In this document: one piece after another, positions 1 to 12,300 of the stretch | Layout: every line of letters starts with the position of its first letter | How positions within the stretch are numbered: the stretch's first letter is position 1 | NCBI GenBank assembly: GCA_028534125.1 | Contig: CM052832.1 | Location: forward strand, 20,462,001-20,526,000 | Direction: 5' to 3' | Length of the DNA: 64,000 nucleotides | From: Lama glama | Taxonomy: Eukaryota | Translations under genes and position numbers: made by a program | The notes under the pieces: generated by a model | Told to the model about the DNA's origin: nothing | Databases searched by the model: none | What the model saw: the letters and a program-made list of their open reading frames with translations, nothing else

Positions 1-904
1 ATCTAGCATCCAAATGAGTCACATAACACCAGCAGCAAAGAAAGTTATCATTTTCCTTCAGTTTACTTGTGCAGCATTAAGGAAAAAAATTAAATAAACA
101 AATACAGATTATTTTTATAATGAATGCAATCTTCTTAGACTAATAGCCAGAGAAGGGGTATGATTGTTATATGTCTAAAAATCCCAAATGGCAAAATATA
201 ATTAAAGTTAGAACTGCTGAACAAATAAACCTGTTAAACACATAATATTACCAGGCAAAATAGCTATGTGTTTATTATCACTTTGCCACTGTAATTATGT
301 TCCCTGCAACTCTTCATGCATATATTAATATTTTGCTACCATCGGAGAGGCTAAAACATAAATTGTAGAGTGCTGAACACAGTTTCAACCAGAAAGACTG
401 TGGTAAAAATGCCGGTTATTCAAAAGCAAAAATTTAAAAAAGAATCTTTGGATTTAATGTTATTACCAATTGCTTCACTGAGAAGTAAAAGAGTCTTCTA
501 ACTACATGCATACTGGTCTCAAATGAATAATCTTTCTGTACCTCCACATGGGTATCTGGTTAGAAAATTCATAAAATTATCTATTGCAGGCCTCTTCGAG
601 CATGAAGCACAGAAACTGTTCAGTTTAAATCGAAAAAGGAAACACCAGGAAATGAACCTAGGTTGCTATTCCCATGTAAATAGAAGACAAATATTTTTAA
701 GTAATTTTAACTAATTTCCAAAGATTATGGATAAACTGTAATTGAATAGATGTGGGTTAGAGTGGGTGTGTTAGTTATTAGGATCCAGGAAAGGTCAGGA
801 AATTAATTCCCCTGGGGTGAAACTCTGTATCCAAAAATAAGCAAGAAGAGACTTTGAAATGGTTTCTGGAGGCTTGACAAAATCAGCGTCAAAGACTGCA
901 GGGG

Positions 905-1012
905 AAAAGAAAAAAAAAAAAAAGATCACTTGAAATGAATAGCAAAAAAAAAAAAAAAAAAGGAAGAGGAGGAGGAGGTAGAGGAAGAGGAAAGGGAGAA
1001 AAAGGAGAAAGA
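905..1012 (+). repeat. Poly(A) runs and GA-rich purine tract (low complexity)
   Basis: Two long A runs followed by GAGGAGGAGG/GGAAAGGGAGAAAAAGG, seen directly. Confidence 0.9.
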
Positions 1013-1844
1013 GAACCAAGTATCTGTAGGTCCAGAACACAGAATAAATCTTATGGCCTGGGTTAATAAAATACTATTGATGCCACCAATAAGTTACAGA
1101 AACAGGGGCTGGAAAATTTTAATAAAAACCACCAGCCTTTAGAACAACAGCAGTGCCAACAGAAACCTTTCCCCTTGAAAATTTCCCAACGTGAATTGAT
1201 TTACTTGAACTTAGATGTAACTAACTTCCATAAATTAATTTTTACCATTGGAAATATGGAGATTCTAGAAACAGACAGCAGAGCCAATAAATCAACCAAA
1301 GGAATATGATGGTTCAAAATCTCCATTATGATTAATATCTAACCACAAGATAACCATCTTTTGGGGGGATATCTTTCACAACAACTACGTTTTATTCTGA
1401 AAAATGAATGTCTTTCCATATGATCCAGCAAGTCACTATAAATTTTTTCAAATTTCCTTCAGTTCTTTTAACATAAATGCCATGAAATGATAATTTAAAT
1501 CCGTCATCATACATATTTGCTCCATGACATAATGACTACAAATGCCCTAACAAGTCCAATTTAATGGCCACTGTGCTTGTGGGTTTAGAGTGTGACGTTC
1601 CATTTCCTCATATTTGGGTTTTAGTCAAATCACTCATTAAAGTCAGGCTACTGAAGAGCTACCAGTGTTGAGCAACTCAAATTACTCCCATTTTGTGAAG
1701 GATTAAAACTTAAACCATTTTGATGGACATCACCCAACCAGTTAATTTATATATGGGGGTGGGAGGTTGCAAATCTGGATGCTCTCAAAATGGAAACTAC
1801 TATACAGTAATTGGCCACACACCTCTGCACACGTCCACGACACA

Positions 1845-2365
1845 GATGTGATCTTTCTTCAAACAGCAATGACTCAAGGTTTGCTCAGGCCTTGGATAAA
1901 GACCGAGATTTTTTTTAGGAGGAGTTGAAAGGGTCCTGACCAACATTCTGGCCTCATGCCTTGCCCTCTCTCTCCACCACTCACACTGTGCGGAAGTGAT
2001 ACCAAGCTGATTTGAATTCCCAGGTATTTAATGCTACTTTATCTTTGAGCCTCTGCTCATTCTCCTCTCTTTGAATGGAGCTAGTCTTCCTCACTGCTTC
2101 AACTTGCCGCCATCTGCATTTTTTCCATCAGCCCTCATCTGAAATATCACCTCATCCAAGAAGACTTCTTGGATGATGGAAGCCCATACAGGTGACTTGC
2201 TGGGGTTTTCCAAGCGTACTCTCTAGTTGGGTGTGGCCCTCCTTTGAGACTGTAAACTACTTAAAGACAGAGACCAAGGCTATTAATCTTCACAACCCCA
2301 GCACCTATGATAGGACCTCAACGTGTGGTTGGAATCACTAACTCAAGCCCACTGAATAAACAGAT
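1845..2365 (+). mobile_element. LINE-2 3' fragment (decayed)
   Basis: Resembles the L2 3' consensus: CTGAAATATCACCTCATC, GACTGTAAACTACTTAAAGACAGAGACC, CCCAGCACCTA, TGAATAAA tail. Confidence 0.6.
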
Positions 2366-3389
2366 GAGTCAACAGAAACAAAAATAGAGAAGAGGAGAAA
2401 GAAAGGACAAGACAAAAGCAACAGTTCTCCTACAAGTGCAAAACCACTCTGCACTGGCACTCACGTGTAGCCCTTAGAATTCTTTCCCAAACTCTCTTAC
2501 ACCTATTGCCCACACAACATATAGGAGGTCTCCTTCAGGCTCATATGAGGAAGCCACAACTCAAAAAGATTCCAAAAGTTGCCTAAATGCAAAGCAAGTA
2601 GTTAATTTTCAGGTTAGATGTAAGCCTTGTAACACTCAGTCACAGACCCCTTCCAGGATGTTCCCGTGTGCTATGTGCTCACAAGAGACACAGGGGAGGG
2701 GGCAGCAGGTAGAAGCAAAGTGTCTCCCCAGAACCACTCTTTGGACACAGACCCTTTCATTTAATCAACAGAAAACAGCTCTTTCTAGTTTGAGTAGCCT
2801 CAACCTCGGACTAAAACTAGACAATCTCGCTGAATTAGTAGGAGGGTCAATTTTCAGGAAGAGGAGCAGGAGATACACAAGCCTTGGTTGTGGTAGCTGG
2901 GAGTCCACGTAGCAGTTTTGAACAGAGCAGGATTGAGCGAGTGCTGGGCTGAACTTGAGGAATTCCCTGTGGAAACTCAGGGCGCAAAAACTGGCCATCA
3001 GAAGAAGTTTAGCTTTATCAGCAAAGAGTGAGTTCAGGCAAGGGACAAAAATCCTGGCCAGATCACTTGGCCGTTGTCACACAGAGGTGCTGTAAACTCA
3101 GGCTGTCATTGAAAAGATGTGGCTTGAAGTCTTTCCAAGGCATTGGCAGTTTTTAACGAGCCCTGTCCACAGAGGTATGGACAGAAAGGCCTGTGAGGTC
3201 ATCCGGTGCAGCATCTCAAGTGTATTCAGTTATTCTTTAAACCTAAAGCGGAAACCCCCAGCTCCCTTTAACATGGTACTAAAGCCTATTTACATGGAAA
3301 CCATCTTTTTCTCTGCAGGAAATACCTGGGAAGAGAAAGTCTCTTCTTACTTCAGAAGAATGGATTTCTTCTCATTTATTTGATTTTTT

Positions 3390-3748
3390 AAAAAAATTTT
3401 TATTGAAGTGTTGCTGACTTACAATGTTAGTTTCAGGTGTACAGCAAAGTGATTCACTTATACATAAACATACATACATATTTTTTCTTTTCATTTTCTT
3501 TTCCATTATATGTTATTGTAAGAAATTGAATATAGTTCCCTGTGCTATATGGCCCTTGTTGTTTATTTTACATATAGTCATGTGTGTCTATTAATCCCCA
3601 AACCCTGATTTATCCTTCCCTGTCCTTTCCCCTTTGGTAACCATAATGTGTTTTCTGTGTCTGTGAGTCTGTTTTTGGTTTGTAAATAGAATTTGTATCA
3701 TTTTTTTAAAGATTCCACATATAGGTAATAGCATATGATATTTGTTTA
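3390..3748 (-). mobile_element. LINE-1 3' UTR (cetartiodactyl-type), 5'-truncated
   Basis: TTTATTGAAGTG...TTTCAGGTGTACAGCAAAGTGATTC...AATATAGTTCCCTGTGCTATA...CCTTTGGTAACCATAA...AGATTCCACATATA is the reverse of a typical laurasiatherian L1 3' end. Confidence 0.85.
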
Positions 3749-6700
3749 TTTGAAAAAAATCTCTGTTTTCCATGTATTTTGGAGGAAAGACCCACGTGGG
3801 CTGAGGGAACCACATCAATTCCCACAGAGCTGACAGGCACAAACTTGGATGTTGGTACCAGACTCACCTATGACCAAATCCATGTTTGTTCCCTAACGAC
3901 CACAGGAAACTTTAGCTGTAGCTCACTGAGATTCTGCCTCCCATCAGTAGCTAACTGTTATGACAATGGCCATCCTGGACCCCAAAAAGCTCATTCTTCA
4001 ACCCACATATGACATTTTACAGCATTATACTACTGGGACTTTAATGTAAATAAGCCTGAGGTATTTACTTAAAAATACTCAGTGAGGCATTGGAGGGAGC
4101 AGGTAAATACAGGCAACTGTGAGAAATAAAGCTCTCATGGGACCAACAACAGATCCTGGGAGACCCCCTTATCAAAAATAAAAAGAAATTAGAATTGGGG
4201 GGGTTGCTGTGTTTAGGCCCATAAACATTTTATCACGTGACTACAAATCTACCTTGAAATTTGATCAGCATCAATTCCAGCCAAGGATACTGTCTTAACA
4301 GCCTGTTGTATCAAATATTAACATTATTTCTATATCTTTAGGGATACATGACTTACATATATCTGAACCATGTTATTCTCTAAATCTCTTTTTCTAAATA
4401 AAATTTATTAAATTAAATCCATATTGTTTTGTTCCTCTACAAAGCCACAATGCTCAAAAAGTCAAAATAATTCTCCAAACACTTGCTTGTTTCCAGGGTC
4501 CTCAAGTTAAGTACTGCAAGTATGGAGTTCCCTGGCAAAATGCTGTTAGCTATTTGGAGACTGTATGCTGGATAAATCTTGCAAATAAGTGAATAAATAA
4601 TATATTACTGCCCTGGGCCCTTCTTTCACCGGATTTATGCAGCACAAAAGGGATATGGAAGACTGACAGGTACTTTAATATATGTAAATACTTAAACTGG
4701 ATAATTCAGGCACAAAAATATATTGTAGCTTGGTGCTTATTATTTTAAATGGATGTTTTATGCATTTCCATCGTATGAATTACTGTATTTCTTGGTTTCT
4801 ACATTCTCATATCTCTTATAATACCTGTCTTTAAAGTGTTGCACAAAATATGAAGAGAGCATTAATCTTTAAAGTTCAAATGCTGTGTTTGTTTATACCA
4901 ACCACCCCAAAGCGGAGTTCCTCCTTATAATGAGGTGTTTCCAACAGCGTGAGAGAGCAGTTTAAATCAGCTTTGACAAGTCTGTTCTGAGACTGACTTC
5001 TCTCTATCCACATGCGCTGTGGACACCACTGTGGGTTCTGGGTGGCATTCTTTCAATTTCCTCCAGTTTGATGTCAGTGACCTGAACGGCTGAAAACACT
5101 CCTGAAGCTCATGGAGGAGAGTTACTGTTGATTTCCTTGGTCGGTGGGCTCTCCTTCCCCACTTAACGTGAAGGATGCTAGATGAATCCTCTTTGTGTAG
5201 CTCTACAGTGGATGATTTTCCAGCCACGTGGATGTATTCTGTTTGGAAACAGAGTTCTGGAAGCCATTTCTTGCTGTATCAATGACTTGCTTTGTATTTT
5301 CAGTTTTTTCTTCTATTCGATGCAGCTTTAGAATTAAAATGTATGCAGTCACTCCTCATCTTCCGAAGGCAAACATAAAAACCTCCATCTTGGTCACTGA
5401 ACCAATTCCTCCATCATGTGGGCAATCAGCCAGGGGACAGGTGGATGATTATGTGGCAAGTGTATGACTAATGAAAACATGGCACTTTCCTAGCCACTTG
5501 GGTCTGAGGAGTTTGTGCGATTGTCCCAAGACCTCTGGGCTCTAATACTCCTGACTCTTTCTGTCTCCTTTTCTACAGCAAGGGATGATTCCTTGTAGTT
5601 ATTTGAATCTCCCTGGAAATTGTAGCGGTAATAGTAGCATTACTTCTCCTTCAAAGGGGTCCAGGTGGAGAGTATGTCACTGCACATGCTTGGGAGGAAA
5701 AGTATTGGGCAGTGATGTTTTCTAGTTAAGACACAGGTTCTAAAGAATATTCCAGCTTATATTTTGAAAGACATGTCTTTAGATAGTTTATTTATCAATT
5801 TTTATTTTGCTTCTGACTCTGCATCTGATGACCATTCAGTTCCATCTTCTTCTCCTCAGTTCCCCTCCACATCCTGGACAACATCCATGTCCCACGTATC
5901 TTTAAAGGAGTCCAGGATTTAGGTAGCAGTCAGTGGAGAATACAGGCAAGCTCTTTGATCCAGAAATATTTATATTTATTTAATTAGAATAACTCCACAA
6001 CTCCTTCTGCAGGAAAAATGGACGAGTTGGTGCAAGAACAAGTAAAATTAGAGCCGCTGCACGAAATGAGGAAGAAATATTCCTTTGTATGAGGCAGAAA
6101 TGTTGAAACAAAGGACATAGAAGGAGTCGAGTGGTAAATGTGCCAATAATGAAATGCACAAGCAGTTCCACAGGTGAAGAGCAGTGAAGCAGAAATGGTG
6201 GTTTTGTGTTTGCAACTGTGTTTCATATTTAATTGACTCAAAATAGCATACAGGCTCTATTCCTTGCTTGAGGCTCACAATTTCAATTCATCAGAGAGTG
6301 AGGACAGTTGCATATCAAAAGGTGAGAATGAGGTGGTAGGGGTAGAGGGTGGAAGAGAGAAAGGAGACACCAAAGGCTCAAATGAACAGGATCCAAAGAT
6401 GTGTGGGTCATGGAAGGCGGCTGTTAACAGCAGCTTATTTGGAATACCTCCCTTGTGCTGGCACCGTTCAGGTGCGCTTTTGAGACGCCACTCATCCAGC
6501 TGGATCAGTCTGTTGTTTTCCCCTTTATCTTCACCCTCTGCTTCCTGCTTTACTTGTAGCTATTGCGTCTGTGTTCTGTGTTGATTAATTATGTTTATGT
6601 ACAAGGCTGCAAAGGCCTGTCAGAATTCTGTTTAAGTTGCTTGTCATCGGCTCATCAGCACCTGGCAGGTTTGTTCTTCTATCCTCCGGTGTGATCCAGG

Positions 6701-7624
6701 CAGATCTTTGATGCACAGAGACAGGCTCCGTGTCAATAACCAGGACCCAGGGTAAACCCAAGGGTGTCACTGCGCTGTGATTTGCAGGGAATAGGGTAGG
6801 GAAAGGAGAATGTCAATTAACTGCAACACCGCGATGCCATGGGTACGTATTCCTAGTGTGGTGTGTGATTCCCAGGGCTTTTAGATTATGAGTAATCAAC
6901 ACCCCTGTAAGGTGGTTTTTTGTAACTGTCCTCATTGCACTGAGGAGGAAATTGTCTTGCACTCTGGAAATGCTCATTTATGCTCTGTATACCTCTTGCT
7001 GCATACCCAGGTACTTCCCAGGGGTGCTGTGAGGACCAATTACTAATTATCCTGAAGAGCTCTTATGTTCTGATGAGATTCTTTGGAATGTAGGCTTCTG
7101 TGAAACAGTGATGACACCTTCATGTTTTCTATACCAGCTGGCATCAGGCCAGGTACCTTTGGCCATCTAATCAACACTGAGCTAAATGGAGATAAGAAAG
7201 AGAAGACCAGAAAGAGAAAGGTGCAGGAGAGAGGATGCCCCATCCAGCCACAGTTCAGATGTCAAGACCACCCTACGAGAGAAACTAACCTCATGGCACC
7301 TTCCCGTTATAATTTTTTTTTAAATAGAATGTTAGAAAATTTTAGAATTGGAAGGGTCCTTATGTCTACCAAAGGTACTAAACCAAGGATAATAACGATT
7401 TGGTACAACAGCTATGTCAATATGAACTAGAAACACAATATCGCAATATCTAATGAAAGCAGTGCAAATGACTCAAAAGAAGCCTGTGACCAGGTAAACT
7501 CAGCGTCCTGGGATGCTCAGAGGACATGATATTTAGGGAAGAATTCCAAGAGAAGAGTTTTGACCAAAGTTCCAACAGGAAGTGGTAACGGACCAAAGGA
7601 CGCCCTCTGACGCTGTTCGCCGGT

Positions 7625-7875
7625 AGCACGGCAGTTGTGAGCACGTGTTTTAGAGCCATAACACGGTGGGCTGGCGTAACCAGGTATGTAACTCTAGGCG
7701 GCAACTTCATCCCTCTGAGTCTCAAGTTTTCTCACTGGTAAAGTGGGATAAGTCACGGCATATAAGCAATGAAGACTTGGGAAAGGTTAAATGAGATAAT
7801 ACCTGTCCCAAAGCGTGACAAGTGATTGACATACAATAAACGTATCAATAAACCTGCTCTTTTATTGTTGCTGTA
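7625..7875 (+). mobile_element. MIR SINE
   Basis: Core CCCTCTGAGTCTCAAGTTTTCTCACTGGTAAAGTGGGATAA and AGGTTAAATGAGATAATA match the MIR consensus. Confidence 0.65.
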
Positions 7876-8469
7876 GCTGTTGCCCTGCGCCTGGTGTGAA
7901 GTACCTGCTTACAGAGTATTTACTGAAAGAGTGAAAAATGATTTTTTTCCGTAGATTATTTCTCTGCTGTGGTATAACAGTGTTGGAGAGCAAATGATGG
8001 AAATACGAATTTTACAGAGGGGCTTGGAGACAATCAAAAGGCAAACACTTCCATGCACTGCACTGTAATTTGCTGTTTGCAAGCACATTATTTCCTTCAT
8101 TCGCTTCCCAACAATACACTTTCTTTAAAGCATCGTCTCCTCTTTGTGCTCCATGGGTTCTCCCACCACTGCAACTTAGTTTCTACCCCTTTTCTCCCAG
8201 CTGTGCCCCTCAGTGCTGCCTCCGCTGCTAGATTCAGCAGCCGCTGTTCAGCGCCCCCGACCCCTTGACCTTCTGGCTGCATTTGACACCTGGTTCGCCC
8301 CTTTTAAAAAGTGAGCTTGCTCGCTCTTTCTGCCTTTTATGACATACCCTACCCTTGTGTTTTGTTCCATGTTTCTGACTGCTCCTTCTCTGACCCCTTG
8401 TCATGGACCGCTGATATTATTCGTATCCAGGACTCTACCTGTCCCTTGTTCCCCTAATCCACCTGACAG

Positions 8470-9080
8470 AGGAAGCCCCAGACTATTCCACACATGCCCT
8501 GCCAGCTCTCTGATCCCAGGCACGGTCTGAACTTCTTTTAGTTTCCTGACTCGCCCTGAGGTCACTGCCTCCTCGCTTTCCAATGCACCCTACTCTCTGC
8601 TGTAATCCCCTACCTCCCTTCCCATTTGTCTTACTCCTGGTCATCCACCTGGTCTCAGCTTAGGTGTCGCTCCTTCAGGATGGATTACTCTGATTTTTAC
8701 ACAACTGAGTCACCTTGCATGAACTTTCTCAGTTATAAAACTCAATCTGTTTACTTTTAATTACTTAGAAATGTCTGTATCCCTGTAGAATCCCTACTGG
8801 GGGTGTGCTGCTGTTTGTCCTGTGCAAAGGTTCAGAGCAGAAGAGGTGAGCAGTCACAGAAAACTCTTCTGCACTGTGTGATCCCTGGAGTGGGACGGCT
8901 CTGCCCAGAGGCTGTGACTTTATCTAATTTGCACAAAGAGAACTATTAGGCCAGCAGAAGCCCCTATTCTCGAATAACTGGTAAGTTTAGCAAAGGAAAA
9001 CTGTGTCTGTGTCATTCCCCACTGAATTCTCAGCTCCTAATACAGTGCCTGGAATTGCTCAACTAATAATTGGCAGATAA
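8470..9080 (+). mobile_element. LINE-2 fragments interrupted by MER91A
   Basis: GGTCTCAGCTTAGGTGTCGCTCCTTCAGG and CCCCACTGAATTCTCAGCTCCTAATACAGTGCCTGG resemble the L2 3' end. Confidence 0.5.
8797..8965 (-). mobile_element. MER91A-like hAT-Tip100 MITE
   Basis: CTGCCCAGAGG...TCTAATTTGCACAAAG...AGGCCAGCAGAAGCCC resembles the reverse MER91A consensus. Confidence 0.55.
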
Positions 9081-9111
9081 CTAAATTCTACCCATTACTA
9101 TGTTCTAACAC

Positions 9112-9420
9112 TGCGCTGTAGCCCAGGGAAGTCCCTGACCCACACATTATGGCCTCTGAGCACTTTGAAATGTGGCTTCAGATGCATTGAGTGTATAGTA
9201 CACCCAGAGTTTGAGACTTGGCCAGAAAAAATGCAGCATGTCTTGTTAATAATTTTGTACCAACTACAAAGTGAACTAACATTCTAGACCTATTTTGTTA
9301 AATATAGTGTATTATTGAGACTAACATTATCTGTTTCTTTATACTTTCATTTGTGAGTAGCTACCAGAGAGTTTGCATGGGGGTCTCAAGTTAGGTTTCT
9401 CTGTTGGATAGCAGGATTCT
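9112..9420 (-). mobile_element. MER33-like hAT-Charlie MITE
   Basis: CTGCGCTGT start, GAGCACTTTGAAATGTGGCT, GTAGCTACCAGA and TTGGATAGCAG end; about 310 bp. Confidence 0.7.
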
Positions 9421-9829
9421 AGACTTTTCTCTGAGACGCTGTTCTATGGCCAAGCACTCATTGGACACCTCCAGCTGACGCCCACAGACACTTGTAACTC
9501 AACAGCACTGAGTTCATCGTATTTCCTGATAACTGACACCTCCTCTTCAACTGTAAACAGCCACAGCTCACCCAGTCACCTAAGCCAGAACACTAGTATA
9601 TTCCACTCATTTATTTCCATAAAATGACTCTCTTCCTACAGTTTGCCCTTCTTCTAATTTACCTTCATTAATTCTATGAAAATGGCCACCAGACTCTCCA
9701 GCATAAATTTTGTGATGGATTTACGAGGCCCTTTTCGGTAAAGCACGTGTAAAACATCCTTTCATTATGACCAGACCCCTGTCTGCCTCTCACCTTTCTC
9801 CCCTTTTGACTCAGTAATCCCCTCTGCTT

Positions 9830-10010
9830 ACTACTAATAAACATAGCCATTTACTGAGAATGTTCCCAAAACATATCCTTACAGAACTTATCATTCTCAT
9901 TTTACAAATAAAGAAATTGAAGCAGGTCGGTCAAATAATTTACCCAGTGTTTCACCTAAAGAAGTGACAGAGTGAGTACTTGACCCCAGACCACCAGACG
10001 GTGGGGTCTG
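9830..10010 (-). mobile_element. MIR SINE
   Basis: CATTTACTGAG...CTCATTTTACAAATAAAGAAATTGAAGC...TTTACCCAGTG...TTGACCCCAGA. Confidence 0.65.
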
Positions 10011-10039
10011 GCCTCTGAGCCAGCGTGCTCGGCCTCACT

Positions 10040-10385
10040 TCTGCAGTAACGAAGTCGCTTCCACTCTCTGAATGCATCAACATGTCTCCTGCTTTCATAT
10101 CTTTACAAATATTGTTCCCGATGCTTGGGAACCTCTACCACTCTTTCATCACCTTATTCACTATATCCATTCTTTGACAGTCTTTAAAATATGTTCCCAA
10201 AGACACTTGTGTGGAAAGCTGAGACCTTACCAGGAATGTTTAGTAATTTCCTTTGCCCTCTCTTAGCTTTTAACACAGTGTAACTATCATATGTCTTCTT
10301 TACTAGGCTAATGTATTTTTCTCTCTCACTTTTCTAGCATCAAGCACAGTGCTTAACATACAGCTGGCTCCCAGTTTATTGGATT
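10040..10385 (+). mobile_element. LINE-2 3' fragment
   Basis: TGTTCCCGATGCTTGGGAACCTCT and TTTCTAGCATCAAGCACAGTGCTTAACATACAG resemble L2. Confidence 0.5.
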
Positions 10386-10619
10386 TGGGGCTGCAGGAGG
10401 TGGATGGAGAGGACAGTACTTCTGAACAGGACGACCTTGGCTAGGTGGTCACGAGGCTGCTGACTGAGTTGACATTGACCTCTTGAGCTGTCCAATTCTA
10501 ATTTGAGAAACACTGGACTAGACAAGAATGAAGTGCATCCTAGTCAATCTTCTAGTGTGGAGGTTTTCATCTTGAAACTGTTGTTGACAAAGAGTCACAG
10601 AATTCTAGGACAATTTCAG

Positions 10620-10770
10620 CTGAGACAATTTAATAGCCAAAGCCCCGACTGCACAAAGTAAACTGAGGCTGCATAGATTAACTAATTCATCCACAATAAC
10701 ACTGCCAATTAGTATTAGAGACTGGACTTGAATCCGAGTCTCCTGCCTTCCTAACCATAGCCCCTGGCTC
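10620..10770 (-). mobile_element. MIR SINE fragment
   Basis: AAACTGAGGCTGCATAGATTAACTAATT...GGACTTGAATCCGAGTCTCCTGCCT. Confidence 0.55.
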
Positions 10771-11114
10771 TTTCTCATAGACACATGAAAAGCAAGATGA
10801 TTTTACATATTTTCACACACCCCTTCGCTGCCAATGAACCAGTTCAATAAATGCAAGTGTTTCATAACCTACAGCCTGGAATCATTTGGGGAAATAATTA
10901 GGGCTAGTAGAATCACTATGATTTTTATAGAAAAGCTCCTTATTTACTTGTAACCTTTACAAAGAAATGCACTACTTTACTTTTCCCCAGGACAGAGAAA
11001 TTTTATTCAGTCAACAAGTTTTCAAACCAAACAGTCAGCACAAAGAAATCAAGTTTATTCAGTTTTGCTGACTTACTTTTCCCAATTTTCACTACTCTCA
11101 TAACTATCCCCATA

Positions 11115-11370
11115 ATAGCAGCTAACATTTTTGTAATAATTATTCTTTACCACGATGTCTGCAAAATCCTTTACGTGCCTTACTGCAGTCAGTCCATACA
11201 ACAACAATTCTATGAGGTAGATCACTCTTCCAACTTCTCATTTTACATTTAAGGACACTGAAGTCCAGTGAGATGTAATAAATTCCACAGATCACAGAGC
11301 TTTTCAATGGCAGAAACTGCAGTGGTGTTTAAACTAAACCTGGCACCAAAGCTTACGCTCTTAACCACTA
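11115..11370 (-). mobile_element. MIR SINE (near full length)
   Basis: AGCTAACATTT...CAATTCTATGAGGTAG...CTCATTTTACATTTAAGGACACTGAAG...GCTCTTAACCACTA. Confidence 0.75.
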
Positions 11371-11779
11371 ATCGAATCCACGCGTCTTTGACATTATAAT
11401 TATTCTTTTATTTAGAAGGACAGAATCACAGAAAAGACTGAGAAGTTCTATTAGATTCTGCTTCGTCCCTATCACTCACTGGACAGAGACCCAAAGTAAA
11501 ATTCTGGAATATCAACATCTCCTGGACTTAAGAGTTCTTAAACTTTCTCCCATATTTTCCTATATCACACAATAAAGCACTTCTCATAGTCATCAATATT
11601 TATTATGTATGACTGACTCTCATGAATCTTTTCATAAATATATACCAGCATATAAACACATGCATATGCATATCTGCATATCACTGTCTAGTCTATGTAT
11701 CTCCAGTGACACAGACCCCTGGAATAACAATCAGCCTGTCAAAGTACACTAAAAGGACTACACTCGGGAGGGAATTACA

Positions 11780-12300
11780 GTATCGTTACCACTGACACGG
11801 GTAGAACAGATGAGTGTCCCTTAACTACTGCCTGTCAGGGCCCACTCCCATCTCAGCACCCAGTTTAAATAGTGCTCAGCCAGCTGCCTGTGGATTTAGC
11901 CAACACTGCATGTTAATGCAAAAGTCTGATTGCCCAGATGGTTCATTCTACGCCCTTAATCAAAAATAGTAGCTGATGTGTGTCTAAAGCACATCTACTC
12001 TACACACAGGCTAGCCGCTTCCTGCTCTTCATAGATCCTCCCTCTGTGCAGACTAGACATGCAGACAGTGGCTATTCTGAGAACTCCCACCAGAGACAGA
12101 AAAGGGGAACAGAAGGGACTGGGCGGTCATCCCTGGAATCCGTGAGCATCTCTGCAACGCGTTACTCCCCGCGTCTCGGTGTCCTTTCCTTCTTCGCAGC
12201 TATTGCCGATTACAGGGTATTTACTCTGTTTGCGAACTTCCTTAAGCAAGTGTTTCATGTGCCGTTACAGACCCCATAATCACCAGCACAGCGGTTTTGC
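11780..12300. promoter_or_regulatory. Candidate promoter/enhancer (CpG-retaining patch with FOX, ETS, E-box and TATA-like motifs)
   Basis: 12 CpGs in 12121-12300; TATTTAC 12218-12224; TGTTTGC 12227-12233; ACTTCCT 12236-12242; CAGCTG 11881-11886; TTTAAATAG 11864-11872. Motif evidence only. Confidence 0.3.

Noticed and set aside
795..1040. Hydrophobic Phe/Leu-rich ORF resembling a membrane peptide
   Set aside because: It is the antisense translation of poly(A) and GA-rich low-complexity DNA.
4967..5467. Protein-like ORFs around 5 kb (possible exon or processed pseudogene)
   Set aside because: Manual translation of several frames gave no recognisable family, and stops interrupt each frame.
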